Source: an uncultured Erysipelotrichaceae bacterium
GTDB taxonomy: Bacteria > Bacillota_I > Bacilli_A > RFN20 > CAG-826
NCBI GenBank assembly: GCA_900316365.1
Contig: ONCO01000003.1
Coordinates: 26,825-90,824, forward strand
Length of the DNA stretch: 64,000 nt
Direction: 5' to 3'
Shown here: positions 35,168 to 45,130 of the stretch, piece after piece
Position numbering within the stretch: the stretch's first letter is position 1
How the letters are laid out: every line of letters begins with the position of its first letter
Program-made: the position numbers and the translations under genes
Notes under the pieces: generated by a model
Seen by the model: only the letters and a program-made list of their open reading frames with translations
Told to the model about the DNA's origin: nothing
Databases searched by the model: none

Positions 35168-37780
35168 ATGATTAAAAACGAAAAATATGATGTAACAGGC
35201 ATGAGCTGCGCCGCTTGCGTGGCCCATGTAAACAAGGCTGTAGAGGGGGTTGAGGGCGTCAATGAGGTCAATGTTAACCTTCTAACCAACTCCATGCAGG
35301 TTAGCTATGATTCGCCAGCCTCCCCGGAGATGATCTGCAAGGCCGTTGAAGCGGCCGGTTATGGCGCGAAGCAAGCTGGCGCGAAAGACAATGCGTCTAA
35401 GGGAACTAAGGCCGCTTCCGAAGACCATGAGACCCGCGTTTTAATGACGCGACTCATCCTTTCTTTGATACTTCTTCTGCCCCTTTTCTATTTCTCTTTG
35501 GGCTATATGAATCCATCTTGGAATTGGCCGTTAGGGGCGTTTGGAGACCACCCTTTTGCTTTCGCTTTATTAGGTCTTTCCTTGTCCTTGGCCATTATGG
35601 TGGTGAATAAGAAGTTCTTTATTTCCGGCGTTAAATCTTTAATCCATGGCGCGCCGAATATGGACACCTTGGTTGCTTTAGGTTCTGGCGTTGGCTTTAT
35701 CTATGGTGTCGTCTTGACCTTCATCATGGCTTTCTACGTCTCTCCAAGTGTAAACATGGAGTCTTACGAAGCCATCATGAGAATCTCGATGAGCCTAACA
35801 TTTGAGACTGCTGGTATGATCCCGGCTTTAATCACAATCGGCAAAACTTTGGAGTCTTATTCCAAAGGAAAGACTACAAATGCCATTAAATCGCTCCTTG
35901 AGCTAGCCCCGAAAGAGGCAAATGTCATCCGTGACGGCAAGGAAATCATCATTCCTATCGAGCAGATGGTGGTGGGCGACACCTTCATCGTTAGGCCAGG
36001 CGAGTCTTTCCCGGCCGATGGCATTGTCGTTGAAGGCGAATCGGCCGTAAACGAAGCCGCCTTAACGGGCGAATCTGTGCCTGTTGATAAGAGCAAAGGG
36101 GACAAAGTATCCGCGGCTACGATCAATTTAAACGGCGCCTTAACATGCCAGGCCAACAAGGTTGGAAATGATACTGTTCTCCACCAAATCGTCGAAATGG
36201 TGGAAACGGCGGCGGGTACGAAGACCAAGATTTCCCTTATCGCCGATCGAGTCTCCGCGATTTTTGTTCCAACCATTATGATTGTCGCCTTAGTGGTTTT
36301 TGCTGGCTGGCTTATCGCTGGATTGGCCTTTGGGGTCTTCCCAGAAGGATCTAATGCGATTGCCTATTCTATCTCTAGGGCCATCTCTGTCTTAGTTATC
36401 GCCTGCCCATGTGCTTTAGGCTTAGCCACGCCTGTTGCCATTATGGTCGGTAGCGGCAAAGGCGCGAAAAACGGCGTTTTGTTCAAGAGTGCCGCGGCGT
36501 TAGAAGAAACAGGCAAGGTTGCTTTCGCGGTCCTAGACAAGACTGGCACCTTAACCAAAGGTTCCCCAGTCGTAACCGATATTGTTCCAATCAGCGTGGC
36601 TGATGAGGCTACTTTACTTGGCGTTGCCGCCTCTATAGAGGCTCTATCCGAGCACCCATTAGCCAAGGCAATTGTCGAAAGAGGCCGAAATGTATCTGTT
36701 TTAGATCTTAAGGTCGAGAACTTTAAGGCGCTTCCTGGACACGGCGTATTCGCGCTTGTGGATGGGGAAGAGGCTTATGGCGCGAATGCCTCTTGGATGG
36801 AGGAAAAGGGATTGCTCACTCCAGAGGCCAAAGCGATTGGTGAGCGTCTATCTGATGAAGGCAAGACGCCGTTATATTTCGCCAAAGGCGGTAAACTCCT
36901 TGGTATCATCGCGGTTGCGGACGTCTTAAAAGATGATTCCAAACAAGCGATTGAAGAATTCCTTAAAGCAGGAATCACCCCGATCATGCTCACTGGCGAT
37001 AATCGCCGCACCGCAAAGGCTATCGCCGATCAACTTGGCTTAACCTATTTCATTTCTGATGTTTTGCCTGATGGAAAACTCGAAGTCATCAAGAAGCTCC
37101 AAGCCTTAGGCAAGGTCATGATGGTAGGGGATGGCATTAACGACGCGCCAGCCTTAACTCAGGCCGATATTGGCGTAGCGATTGGCGCGGGAAGCGACAT
37201 TGCGATCGAATCCGCGGATGTCGTTCTTGTTAAATCCTCCTTAAGGGATGCTGCTATGGCGGTTAGACTCTCTAGGCATACCTTGGCAAACATCAAAGAG
37301 AACCTCTTCTGGGCGTTCTTCTATAACCTATTGATGATTCCAATCGCCGGTGGGGCTTTCTATGCGACCGGTATTAGCTGGATCATGAAGTTGCAGCCTT
37401 GGTATGGCGCTGCGGCGATGGCGTTTAGCTCGATCTTCGTAGTCCTTAACGCTCTCCGCATCAATCTCTATGACGCCTATAACAGCAATAGGGACAAAAA
37501 GAAGCTTGTTGCGGTAATTCCTGAAGGATTCTTCGGGGAAACCGTTGATAATAATGGAAAGGATGAAACTATGGAAAAGACATTAGAAATCAAAGGCATG
37601 ATGTGCCAGCACTGCGTCGCCCATGTTAAGAAAGCCTTAGAAGGCGTTTCTGGCGTTAGCAAAGTCGAGGTCTCCCTCGAGAACAAGAACGCGGTCGTTG
37701 AAGCCAACTCCGAAATCACTGATGAGACTCTTAGAGCCGCCGTTAGCGAAGCCGGATACGAAGTCACCGCGATTAAATAA
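35168..37780 (+). CDS. copA: copper-translocating P1B-type ATPase with N- and C-terminal HMA domains
   Basis: N-terminal GMSCAACV. TM CPC (ACPCALGLATP). DKTGTLT. GDGINDAP. Extra C-terminal HMA domain LEIKGMMCQHCVAHVKK. Confidence 0.95.
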   Translation: MIKNEKYDVTGMSCAACVAHVNKAVEGVEGVNEVNVNLLTNSMQVSYDSPASPEMICKAVEAAGYGAKQAGAKDNASKGTKAASEDHETRVLMTRLILSLILLLPLFYFSLGYMNPSWNWPLGAFGDHPFAFALLGLSLSLAIMVVNKKFFISGVKSLIHGAPNMDTLVALGSGVGFIYGVVLTFIMAFYVSPSVNMESYEAIMRISMSLTFETAGMIPALITIGKTLESYSKGKTTNAIKSLLELAPKEANVIRDGKEIIIPIEQMVVGDTFIVRPGESFPADGIVVEGESAVNEAALTGESVPVDKSKGDKVSAATINLNGALTCQANKVGNDTVLHQIVEMVETAAGTKTKISLIADRVSAIFVPTIMIVALVVFAGWLIAGLAFGVFPEGSNAIAYSISRAISVLVIACPCALGLATPVAIMVGSGKGAKNGVLFKSAAALEETGKVAFAVLDKTGTLTKGSPVVTDIVPISVADEATLLGVAASIEALSEHPLAKAIVERGRNVSVLDLKVENFKALPGHGVFALVDGEEAYGANASWMEEKGLLTPEAKAIGERLSDEGKTPLYFAKGGKLLGIIAVADVLKDDSKQAIEEFLKAGITPIMLTGDNRRTAKAIADQLGLTYFISDVLPDGKLEVIKKLQALGKVMMVGDGINDAPALTQADIGVAIGAGSDIAIESADVVLVKSSLRDAAMAVRLSRHTLANIKENLFWAFFYNLLMIPIAGGAFYATGISWIMKLQPWYGAAAMAFSSIFVVLNALRINLYDAYNSNRDKKKLVAVIPEGFFGETVDNNGKDETMEKTLEIKGMMCQHCVAHVKKALEGVSGVSKVEVSLENKNAVVEANSEITDETLRAAVSEAGYEVTAIK

Positions 37781-37788
37781 GGCAAAAG

Positions 37789-37836
37789 AAAAGGCAAATC
37801 TGATACCCGTGGGTGTTAATTTGCCTTTTATTTTTT
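37789..37836. terminator. bidirectional terminator between copA and purB
   Basis: AAAAGGCAAAT…ATTTGCCTTTT long hairpin with A-run and T-run flanks. Confidence 0.75.
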
Positions 37837-39133
37837 ACTCTAAGCCAGGGATGCGGTTATAAAGCGCGTCATTGCGCCTAAGGTAATAGTTAACCTCAAA
37901 GAGCTCATCTAGTTCCTTTTCGCTGAAGGAGTTTTTGATTAACGGGAGATCCTTGATGGCATCTTTGAATGGGGTGCCACCTAAGGAAGCCTGGATGGCA
38001 TATGGCTGGATGGTGTCATAGGCCTCTTCTCTGACGGCGCCTTTTTCAACGAGAGCGTTTAAGACTCTCTGGGCGAAGATCGCGCCACGAGAGAGATTGA
38101 TATTGGCAAGCATCCTCTCTGGATAGACTTCGAGCTTATCGATGACGCCCGCCATACGCGCGGTCGCATAGTCGAATAAGGTGATCATGTCGATTAAGGC
38201 GACTCGCTCGACGGAGGAATGGGAGATGTCTCTTTCGTGATATAAGGCGTTGTCTTCCATGATGGAGGTGAGATAACCGCGGATCATCCTCGCGCAGCCG
38301 GTGATATTCTCGCTGGCGATAGGATTGCGTTTCTGCGGCATGGCGCTGGAACCCTTCTGCCCTTTGCCAAAGCCTTCGGCGACTTCGCCGATTTCGCTTC
38401 TGGAGAGGTTACGGATCTCAACGGCAATCTTTTCTTCCGTGGAAGCGAGGATTGCAAGAGCAGAGGCATAGCCTTCATGGAGGTCACGAGGCAAGACCTG
38501 AGTGGTGTCACTCGCGTTCCTTAAACCAAGTTTAACGGCGACCATTTCCTGAACTTTCGGATCGATGTTGGCGAAGTTGCCCATCGCGCCGGAAAGCTTG
38601 CAAGAACATAACAAGTCGGCCTCTTTTTCAAATCTTTCCTTGCCGCGAAGGAGTTCGGCATAGTAGTTAGCCCACTTGAAACCGAAGGAGATAATCTCCC
38701 CGTGCATGCCGTGGGTTCGACCGATGCATGGTGTGTTTTTATATTCGATTGCTTTGGCTTTGACGGCCTTAAGCAAAGAATCGATGTGTTCGATGATGAC
38801 CGCGTTAGCCTTCTTATATAGAAGCGACATCGCGGTGTCGACGACATCAGTAGAGGTTAATCCGTAATGGATCCATCTTTTCTCCTCGCCTAATCCTTCG
38901 CCGACTTGTCTAGTGAAGGCGACGACATCATGACGAGTGATTTCTTCGATTTCCTTGATTCGCTTAACATCAACTTTGGCTTTGGACTTAATGAGTTCGT
39001 AATCCTTAGCAGGAACTATGCCTAAAGAAACGTAGGCTTCGAGAACGGCTAATTCGATTTCCCAATACGCTTGAAAGCGGGATTCGTCGGAGAATAAACC
39101 CTCCAAGGCTTTGTTGGTGTAGCGATCAATCAC
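37835..39133 (-). CDS. purB: adenylosuccinate lyase
   Basis: Start moved to GTG 39133 (VIDRYTN…; GGGAGGAA SD upstream). The longer ORF-track N-terminus lies inside purA. Fumarate-lyase signature GSSAMPQKRNP. Confidence 0.9.
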   Translation of the reverse strand: MIDRYTNKALEGLFSDESRFQAYWEIELAVLEAYVSLGIVPAKDYELIKSKAKVDVKRIKEIEEITRHDVVAFTRQVGEGLGEEKRWIHYGLTSTDVVDTAMSLLYKKANAVIIEHIDSLLKAVKAKAIEYKNTPCIGRTHGMHGEIISFGFKWANYYAELLRGKERFEKEADLLCSCKLSGAMGNFANIDPKVQEMVAVKLGLRNASDTTQVLPRDLHEGYASALAILASTEEKIAVEIRNLSRSEIGEVAEGFGKGQKGSSAMPQKRNPIASENITGCARMIRGYLTSIMEDNALYHERDISHSSVERVALIDMITLFDYATARMAGVIDKLEVYPERMLANINLSRGAIFAQRVLNALVEKGAVREEAYDTIQPYAIQASLGGTPFKDAIKDLPLIKNSFSEKELDELFEVNYYLRRNDALYNRIPGLE

Positions 39134-40412
39134 GGAATAATTCCTCCCTAATGATGGTTTGGCTATGGTCTGGGCCGACGGAGACCATGGAGACGTTGAC
39201 CTCCAAGGCTTTCTCGATTTCCCTGACGTAGTTCTTCGCATTCTCCGGGAGGTCTTCGTAATTCAAGATATTGGAGATATCTTCCTTCCAACCCGGAAGA
39301 GTCTTATAGATTGGCTCCACTTTAGTATAAGTGGATACGTCGCATGGCATATAGTCGATTGTTTCGCCGTTGATCTTATAACCGGTGCAAACCTTGATTT
39401 CATCAAGTCCGCCGAGAACGTCGAGAAGCATCAAACCGACGTGGGTGATGCCAGAGATGTTCTTAACGTACTTCAAGACGGCAAGGTCAAGCCAGCCAAC
39501 GCGGCGAGGTCTCTTGGTAACGGTGCCATATTCATGGCCTTTTTCTCTGATCTGATCGCCGATCTCGTCGTGGAGTTCGGTTGGGAATGGGCCTTCGCCA
39601 ACGCGGGTGGTGTAGGCCTTCATAACACCGAGAACAGCATTGACGGCGGTAAGTGGAAGACCGGTGTTGACCGGGATAGCGGTGGCTAATGGGGAAGAGG
39701 AAGTGACGTATGGATAAGTGCCATGAGTTAAGCAAAGCATCGCGCCCTGCGCGCCCTCGAATAACACCTTCTTATTCTCCTTGATGCATTTCTGGAGGAA
39801 GAGGGAAGTGTCGGTGATATGTGGGACGAGGTAATCACGGACTTCCATTAAGCCTTTCATGATTTCTTCTTTGGAAACTGGCTCGGCGCCATAGGCTTTG
39901 AGTTCGGCATTCTTGATAGCAAGCTCGCTGGAGAGTCTTTCATCCAACTGCTTAAGGTCTAAGAGGTCACCCATACGGAGGCCTAAACGGGCCGCTTTAT
40001 CTTCGTAGCAAGGGCCAATTCCACGCCCCGTGGTGCCTATTTTCGCATTACCGAGCATCTTTTCCCTCGCGTGGTCGATGGCGATATGATACGGGAGAAG
40101 CATCGAGGCGCGGTTGGAGATAAGGAGGTTGAACTTGGTGACTCCCTGTTCCTTAAGGCCGTTGATTTCCTCGATTAAGGCCATCGGGTTGATGACCATT
40201 CCGTCGGCTAAGACATTGATGACGTTTTCGTTAAAGATACCGCTTGGGAGAAGACGTAAAGCGTAACGTTTTCCGTCCCTGACGATAGAATGGCCGGCGT
40301 TGTTACCACCCTGGGAACGAACGACGACTTCGGCGCGCGAAGCGAAATAATCGGTAAGCTTTCCCTTACCTTCATCGCCCCACTGCATTCCTTCGATTGC
40401 TAATGTGCTCAT
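39126..40412 (-). CDS. purA: adenylosuccinate synthetase
   Basis: Start at ATG 40412 (MSTLAIEGMQWGDEGKGK; GGAGGGG SD). Stop overlaps the purB start by 8 nt. Confidence 0.95.
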   Translation of the reverse strand: MSTLAIEGMQWGDEGKGKLTDYFASRAEVVVRSQGGNNAGHSIVRDGKRYALRLLPSGIFNENVINVLADGMVINPMALIEEINGLKEQGVTKFNLLISNRASMLLPYHIAIDHAREKMLGNAKIGTTGRGIGPCYEDKAARLGLRMGDLLDLKQLDERLSSELAIKNAELKAYGAEPVSKEEIMKGLMEVRDYLVPHITDTSLFLQKCIKENKKVLFEGAQGAMLCLTHGTYPYVTSSSPLATAIPVNTGLPLTAVNAVLGVMKAYTTRVGEGPFPTELHDEIGDQIREKGHEYGTVTKRPRRVGWLDLAVLKYVKNISGITHVGLMLLDVLGGLDEIKVCTGYKINGETIDYMPCDVSTYTKVEPIYKTLPGWKEDISNILNYEDLPENAKNYVREIEKALEVNVSMVSVGPDHSQTIIREELFRD

Positions 40413-40628
40413 ATTAAACCCCTCCAAAAGTTAGGTGTAACAAGGGGTTGGCTTATTACTTACGGATTTTAGCACTCGAATTTATATTCACTTCTTGTAA
40501 GCGGTCACATGGATCGAAGGGAAAAAGTACATTTTTCTTAAAAATGGTGGCCAAAAATTAATGTTTTGTAGAAAAAACCGACTTGCATTGATTTGTAAGG
40601 CGGCTATCTCGCGTTTATGTGCAGGCGA

Positions 40629-41516
40629 TTATTTCTTCGTAACTATAGCCTGTATGTAGTCGATGAAGTTCTCTTCGATGACTGAGAGCATGTGGCCCTT
40701 ACGCCAGACGAAGTAATACTCAATCGAAGAACTAACTCCCTCGATTTCCTTTCTGACGATGGAGCTGTTCAAGATGTAGCCCGTCCTTGGGAAGACGGAG
40801 ATACCGACAGACCTACCTGCAAGAGCGGCCGCGTCGAGGTAGTTATCCATTTCGCAGACGATATTCGGCTCCACCCTTAAAGGTCGGAACCACTTACGGA
40901 TATAGTCAGAGGTCGCCTTCCTGCTTGGTACGATTAAAGGCTCGTTTTTGATGTCGTGGATGGTGATGTTCTTTTGCGTTGAGGCGAGAGGATGGTCTTT
41001 ATTCATGAATAAGCCGAGTTTCTCTTCACCAACCTTGATGGAATTAAGTAAGTTCGCATCTATTGGTGCGGTTACGACAGCGAGGGAGATTAAACCAGCG
41101 CGCATCTTTTCGATAAGGTCGTCGCTATTGCCATCGACGACGCGGAAGTGGACGCTTGGATATTGACGCATATAGTCACTGATCCATTGGGCGGCGATAT
41201 CTGGAGCCATACCTTCGACTAGTCCAATGGAAATTGTCCCGGTCAGGGCGTTATTCATGTCGCGGATCTCGGTGGTGGTCTTATCGACTAAGCCTAGGAT
41301 GTCTTTGCTCTTCTGGTAGAGGTATTTGCCTTCCTCGGTCAGGGTTAACTGTCTTTTGCCGCGGATGAAAAGCTTGGTGCCAAGTTCTTCTTCTAAACCC
41401 TTCATCTGGTTTGAAAGAGGTGGTTGAGACATATTTAAGATTTTCGCGGCTTTGGTGATATTGAGTTCTTCCGCGATAACGACGAAGTAAGTAAGCGTTC
41501 TAAGATCCATGGTCAA
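40629..41516 (-). CDS. LysR family transcriptional regulator
   Basis: 295 aa. N-terminal LysR HTH (LRTLTYFVVIAEELNITKAAKILNMSQPPLSNQMKGLEEELG) plus a substrate-binding domain. Confidence 0.85.
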   Translation of the reverse strand: MTMDLRTLTYFVVIAEELNITKAAKILNMSQPPLSNQMKGLEEELGTKLFIRGKRQLTLTEEGKYLYQKSKDILGLVDKTTTEIRDMNNALTGTISIGLVEGMAPDIAAQWISDYMRQYPSVHFRVVDGNSDDLIEKMRAGLISLAVVTAPIDANLLNSIKVGEEKLGLFMNKDHPLASTQKNITIHDIKNEPLIVPSRKATSDYIRKWFRPLRVEPNIVCEMDNYLDAAALAGRSVGISVFPRTGYILNSSIVRKEIEGVSSSIEYYFVWRKGHMLSVIEENFIDYIQAIVTKK

Positions 41517-41624
41517 ATTCTATCATACAAAAAAGATATGATACGCATAACATTATAAGTAGTTTAAATCCCCCATGGCTTGCGTACTATAAACTGGTTC
41601 TTAGATTTTCCAGGGAGGAAGAGC

Positions 41625-41741
41625 ATGGGTAGAGAAGTTGGAACGGTATCGAGTTACCTCGGCCGCGACGCCTCCTCTTTCGTAGCCTCCCTTGAAATGA
41701 GCCCCGCCTCAGACGGGGTTTCTTTCTTTATCGAACAGTAG
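41625..41741 (+). CDS. candidate 38-codon leader ORF in the pyrG 5' region
   Basis: ATG 41625 preceded by AGGGAGGAAGAGC (SD, 6-nt spacer). Encodes [38 protein letters not shown]. Its TAG (41739-41741) overlaps the pyrG SD. The ORF runs through the terminator hairpin. Coding status is unproven. Confidence 0.3.
   Translation: MGREVGTVSSYLGRDASSFVASLEMSPASDGVSFFIEQ
41699..41729 (+). terminator. intrinsic terminator/attenuator inside the pyrG leader
   Basis: AGCCCCG-cctcaga-CGGGGTT followed by TCTTTCTTTAT, 24 nt upstream of the pyrG ATG. Confidence 0.65.
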
Positions 41742-41752
41742 AGGTGAATATC

Positions 41753-43348
41753 ATGAAGTACATTTTTGTTACTGGCGGCGTCGTTTCTGGTTTAGGCAAA
41801 GGCATCTGCGCAGCATCCCTTGCTAGACTCTTGATCCAGAGAGGCTACCGCGTCCAAAACCAGAAGTTTGACCCATATCTCAACGTCGACCCAGGCACAA
41901 TGTCCCCATATCAGCATGGCGAGGTCTTCGTTACCGATGACGGCGCGGAGACCGACCTTGACTTAGGCCATTACGAGAGATTTACCGACGTTCCGCTTGA
42001 TGCCTCGAGCTCCGTTTCCTCCGGTAAGGTCTATTGGTCCGTCTTAACCAAAGAAAGACGTGGCGAATATCTTGGCAAAACCGTCCAGATCGTCCCGCAC
42101 GTCATTAACGAGATTAAGAGCTTCATCTATACCGCCGAGAAGAAAGACATCGACATCTCCATCGTTGAGATAGGTGGCACCGTCGGCGACATCGAGAGCC
42201 AGCCATTCCTTGAAGCTATCCGCCAGGTTGCTAGAGACAAAGGAAGGGAGAATGTCGTCTATATCCACGTTCCTCTCGTCGTTGAGATTCCAGGAAGCGG
42301 CGAACTTAAATCCAAGCCAGTCCAGCATTCCGTTAAGGAACTCCAGTCCATCGGTATTCAGCCAGACATTCTTGTCTGCCGCAGCGAGCAGAAGCTCACC
42401 GACCACATCAAGGAGAAGATTTCCCTCTTCTGCAACGTCGAACCAGAATGCGTCTTCGATAACCTCACTGCCCCAAGCATCTATGAAGTCCCTCTTTGGC
42501 TTGAGGATCAGGGCTTATCCCGTCAGGTCTTAAAGAAACTCAACCTCCCATGGGGTAAAGAACCAGACCTCACCGCTTGGAGAGAGATGGTTGGCAAGAT
42601 CAACTCCGCGAAAGGCGTTGTGAAGATTGCCCTTGTTGGTAAATACGTCGAATTACATGACGCCTACCTCTCCGTCGAGGAATCCTTGTTCCATGCCGCC
42701 AGTGCCTTAGGCGCGAAATGCGAAATCAAATGGGTCGACTCTGAAACCGTCACTCCAGAGAATGTTAAGAAGGTCCTTAAAGGCGTCGATGGCGTCCTTA
42801 TCCCAGGCGGCTTCGGCCTCCGTGGCATCGAAGGCATGATCCAGGCCGCGAAATACGCCCGCGAGAATAAGATCCCTCTCCTCGGCATTTGCCTTGGTAT
42901 GCAGATCGTCACCATCGAATACGCCAGAGACGTTCTTGGCTTCGCGGATGCCAACTCCACCGAATTCGATCCAAAGACCACTCACCCAGTCATCGACTTA
43001 AGCGTCGAGCAGGTTGATGTCAAAGATAAAGGCGCGACTATGCGTTTAGGCGCTTATCCATGCCGCATCAAAGAAGGCACCCTCGCGGAAAGTCTCTACC
43101 ATAACCTCGACATCTCCGAACGTCATCGTCACCGTTACGAATTCAACAACAAGTATCAGGCTGACTTCGAAAAGGCCGGCCTTGTCCTTGCTGGTACATA
43201 CGTCAAGAGACAGCTCATCGAGATTGTCGAACTCCCGAATCATCCATACTTCATTGCCTGCCAGTTCCATCCGGAATTTAAATCCAGGCCAGACAATCCA
43301 CACCCTCTCTTCCTTGGCTTAATCAACGCCGCGATGAAGAAACACTAA
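41753..43348 (+). CDS. pyrG: CTP synthase
   Basis: Start at ATG 41753 ([17 protein letters not shown]; GAGGTG SD). C-terminal GATase GICLGMQ and HPEF. Confidence 0.95.
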   Translation: MKYIFVTGGVVSGLGKGICAASLARLLIQRGYRVQNQKFDPYLNVDPGTMSPYQHGEVFVTDDGAETDLDLGHYERFTDVPLDASSSVSSGKVYWSVLTKERRGEYLGKTVQIVPHVINEIKSFIYTAEKKDIDISIVEIGGTVGDIESQPFLEAIRQVARDKGRENVVYIHVPLVVEIPGSGELKSKPVQHSVKELQSIGIQPDILVCRSEQKLTDHIKEKISLFCNVEPECVFDNLTAPSIYEVPLWLEDQGLSRQVLKKLNLPWGKEPDLTAWREMVGKINSAKGVVKIALVGKYVELHDAYLSVEESLFHAASALGAKCEIKWVDSETVTPENVKKVLKGVDGVLIPGGFGLRGIEGMIQAAKYARENKIPLLGICLGMQIVTIEYARDVLGFADANSTEFDPKTTHPVIDLSVEQVDVKDKGATMRLGAYPCRIKEGTLAESLYHNLDISERHRHRYEFNNKYQADFEKAGLVLAGTYVKRQLIEIVELPNHPYFIACQFHPEFKSRPDNPHPLFLGLINAAMKKH

Positions 43349-43377
43349 GGCTCCCGAAAAGGAGCCTTTCCTTTATT
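43348..43377 (+). terminator. intrinsic terminator after pyrG
   Basis: AGGCTCC-cgaaaa-GGAGCCT followed by TTCCTTTATT. Confidence 0.75.
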
Positions 43378-43450
43378 AGACTAAAAATAGGTCGCCCTGT
43401 GGAATTAATAGACTTAAATATTTATAATATTTCAGCCCTTGGTGACCTAG

Positions 43451-44878
43451 ATGAGGAACGTATACGAATTTTTAAAATCGTCTGCAGAAAAGCATCCTGA
43501 TAGAGTGCTTTTCGATGATTCCACTCCCTATACCTACGAGACCTCCATCAAAACCGTTAAATCTATCGCCTGCTATTTGCATAATCTCGGCATCAAAAAC
43601 GAGAGGATTTTGGTCAATGTCGGACGTGATGCGAGAACCGTCCTCCTCTTCCTTGGCATCGCCTTAAGCGGTAACTGCTATGTGCCAGGGGATGAATCCT
43701 ACCCAGAAGAAAGAAAACATGACATCATCTCCATCGGCGAGATCACCTATGGCTTTGATATCGAAGGCTTAGGTGGGTTAAAAGCTAAAGAGGCAATGTC
43801 CACCGAGATCGATGAAGCGGTGGTGGCCTCTCTTGAAGCTGACTTTGACGAGAACGCCCCGTTATGCCTTTTGTTTACCTCTGGTTCTACAGGTAAACCT
43901 AAGGGAGTCATGAAGAGCCATAAGAACGTCATCGCCTTTGTGCGTAACTTCTTAGATACATTCCATTTAGATGCGGGCGCGCGTATATGCAATCAAACCC
44001 CATTCTCTTTTGATGCCTCCGCAAAGGATATCTATTTAACCCTCGCTTTAGGGGGAAGCTTATTTATCCCAGATAAGACCAAGTTCGCTCTTCCGAAGAT
44101 CATCGTCGATTATCTAAACGAGAAAGAAGTCGACACCATCCTTTGGGTGCCTACTGCTTTAACGAGCATCGCCAAAACCAGAACCCTTAACTTTGTTAAA
44201 CCGACATTCTTGAAGAACGTCTTCTTTATCGGCGAGGTTTTCCCTCCGAAATATCTCAATATGTGGGTCGAGGCTATGCCTAATACCCATTTCGTTAATC
44301 TCTATGGTTCGACCGAACTTGCGGGCGCTTGCCTATATTACGAAATCACCAAACCTATGCCGATTGACCAGCCTCTTCCGACCGGTAAAGCCATCTCCGG
44401 AAACGAGGTTATCCTCAAAGATGGGGAGATTTGTGTTCATTCTGACCAGGTTGCCCTTGGTTATTACGGCGATGAGGCTAAGACAAACGCCACCTTCAAA
44501 ATGGAGGACGGGAAACGTTATCTCCATACCGGCGACTACGCTTGCTATAACGAAGAAGGCGACATCGTCTTCCATGCGAGAAAGGATTTCCAGATCAAAC
44601 ATTCTGGATACCGTATTGAACTCCAAGATATTGAGGCGGCTCTGTCGTCTTTGTCTTATTTAGGCGATATTTGCTGTCTATACGATGAGAATAGGGGCAA
44701 AATTGTCTTATTCGTAACGCTTAGTTACGAGATTGATGGCGCGACCACCAAGATTCTTGCCGACGCGAGAGAGAAATTACCGTATTACATGGTCCCGAAC
44801 GTCGTTAAGGTTTTGCCATCAATGCCGCTTAACGCGAACGGCAAAATCGATCGCGCCGGACTTAAGAAGAGTTTGTGA
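43451..44878 (+). CDS. dltA: DltA-like adenylation enzyme (carrier-protein ligase)
   Basis: 475 aa. AMP-binding motifs LFTSGSTGKPKGV, YGSTE, HTGDY, GKIDR. Followed by carrier protein, MBOAT and DltD-like genes. D-Ala specificity is not verifiable by eye. Confidence 0.7.
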   Translation: MRNVYEFLKSSAEKHPDRVLFDDSTPYTYETSIKTVKSIACYLHNLGIKNERILVNVGRDARTVLLFLGIALSGNCYVPGDESYPEERKHDIISIGEITYGFDIEGLGGLKAKEAMSTEIDEAVVASLEADFDENAPLCLLFTSGSTGKPKGVMKSHKNVIAFVRNFLDTFHLDAGARICNQTPFSFDASAKDIYLTLALGGSLFIPDKTKFALPKIIVDYLNEKEVDTILWVPTALTSIAKTRTLNFVKPTFLKNVFFIGEVFPPKYLNMWVEAMPNTHFVNLYGSTELAGACLYYEITKPMPIDQPLPTGKAISGNEVILKDGEICVHSDQVALGYYGDEAKTNATFKMEDGKRYLHTGDYACYNEEGDIVFHARKDFQIKHSGYRIELQDIEAALSSLSYLGDICCLYDENRGKIVLFVTLSYEIDGATTKILADAREKLPYYMVPNVVKVLPSMPLNANGKIDRAGLKKSL

Positions 44879-44888
44879 GGGGAGAAAC

Positions 44889-45128
44889 ATGGAAAACGTC
44901 AAAGAACAAATCATCTCGATCCTTTCCGACATCCGTGGCGATGTCGAGGATTGGGAGGCGAATAAAGAATTGGTCCATTCCGGAGTCCTTGACTCCCTTG
45001 GGATCGTTACCCTTATCGGAGAGTTGTCCGATGCCTTTGATATTGAAATCCCGCCTCAGGAAATCGTTTATGAGAACTTCGATTCGGTCGATGGCCTTGT
45101 AAAAATGGTTGAAAGGTTATCCGAATAA
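44889..45128 (+). CDS. dltC: D-alanyl carrier protein-like acyl carrier protein
   Basis: 79 aa from ATG 44889 (GGAG 4-5 nt upstream). Phosphopantetheine site GVLDSLGIV. Confidence 0.75.
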   Translation: MENVKEQIISILSDIRGDVEDWEANKELVHSGVLDSLGIVTLIGELSDAFDIEIPPQEIVYENFDSVDGLVKMVERLSE

Positions 45129-45130
45129 AC

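Noticed and set aside
39134-39241. N-terminal extensions proposed by the ORF track: purB to 39241, dnaB from 56656, membrane protein to 62099, C39-like from 31718, Cof from 6584, pepO from 25320, lysS from 23699
   Set aside because: The extensions overlap the upstream gene or a terminator hairpin, lack an SD, and add basic low-complexity residues. In each case an internal start with an SD and a family-typical N-terminus exists.
40413-40628. Purine riboswitch or PurBox upstream of purA
   Set aside because: No match to the conserved purine-aptamer core (UAUAAUCGCG…CCGUAAAU…) on the minus strand. The only hairpin with a T-run is best explained as the terminator of the upstream LysR gene.
44733-45102. 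ORF 44733-45128 (131 aa) and ORF 44875-45102 (75 aa) at the dltA/dltC junction
   Set aside because: The first is dltC with a spurious upstream extension inside dltA; the real start is ATG 44889, after GGAG. The second is an off-frame ORF with no carrier-protein motif.
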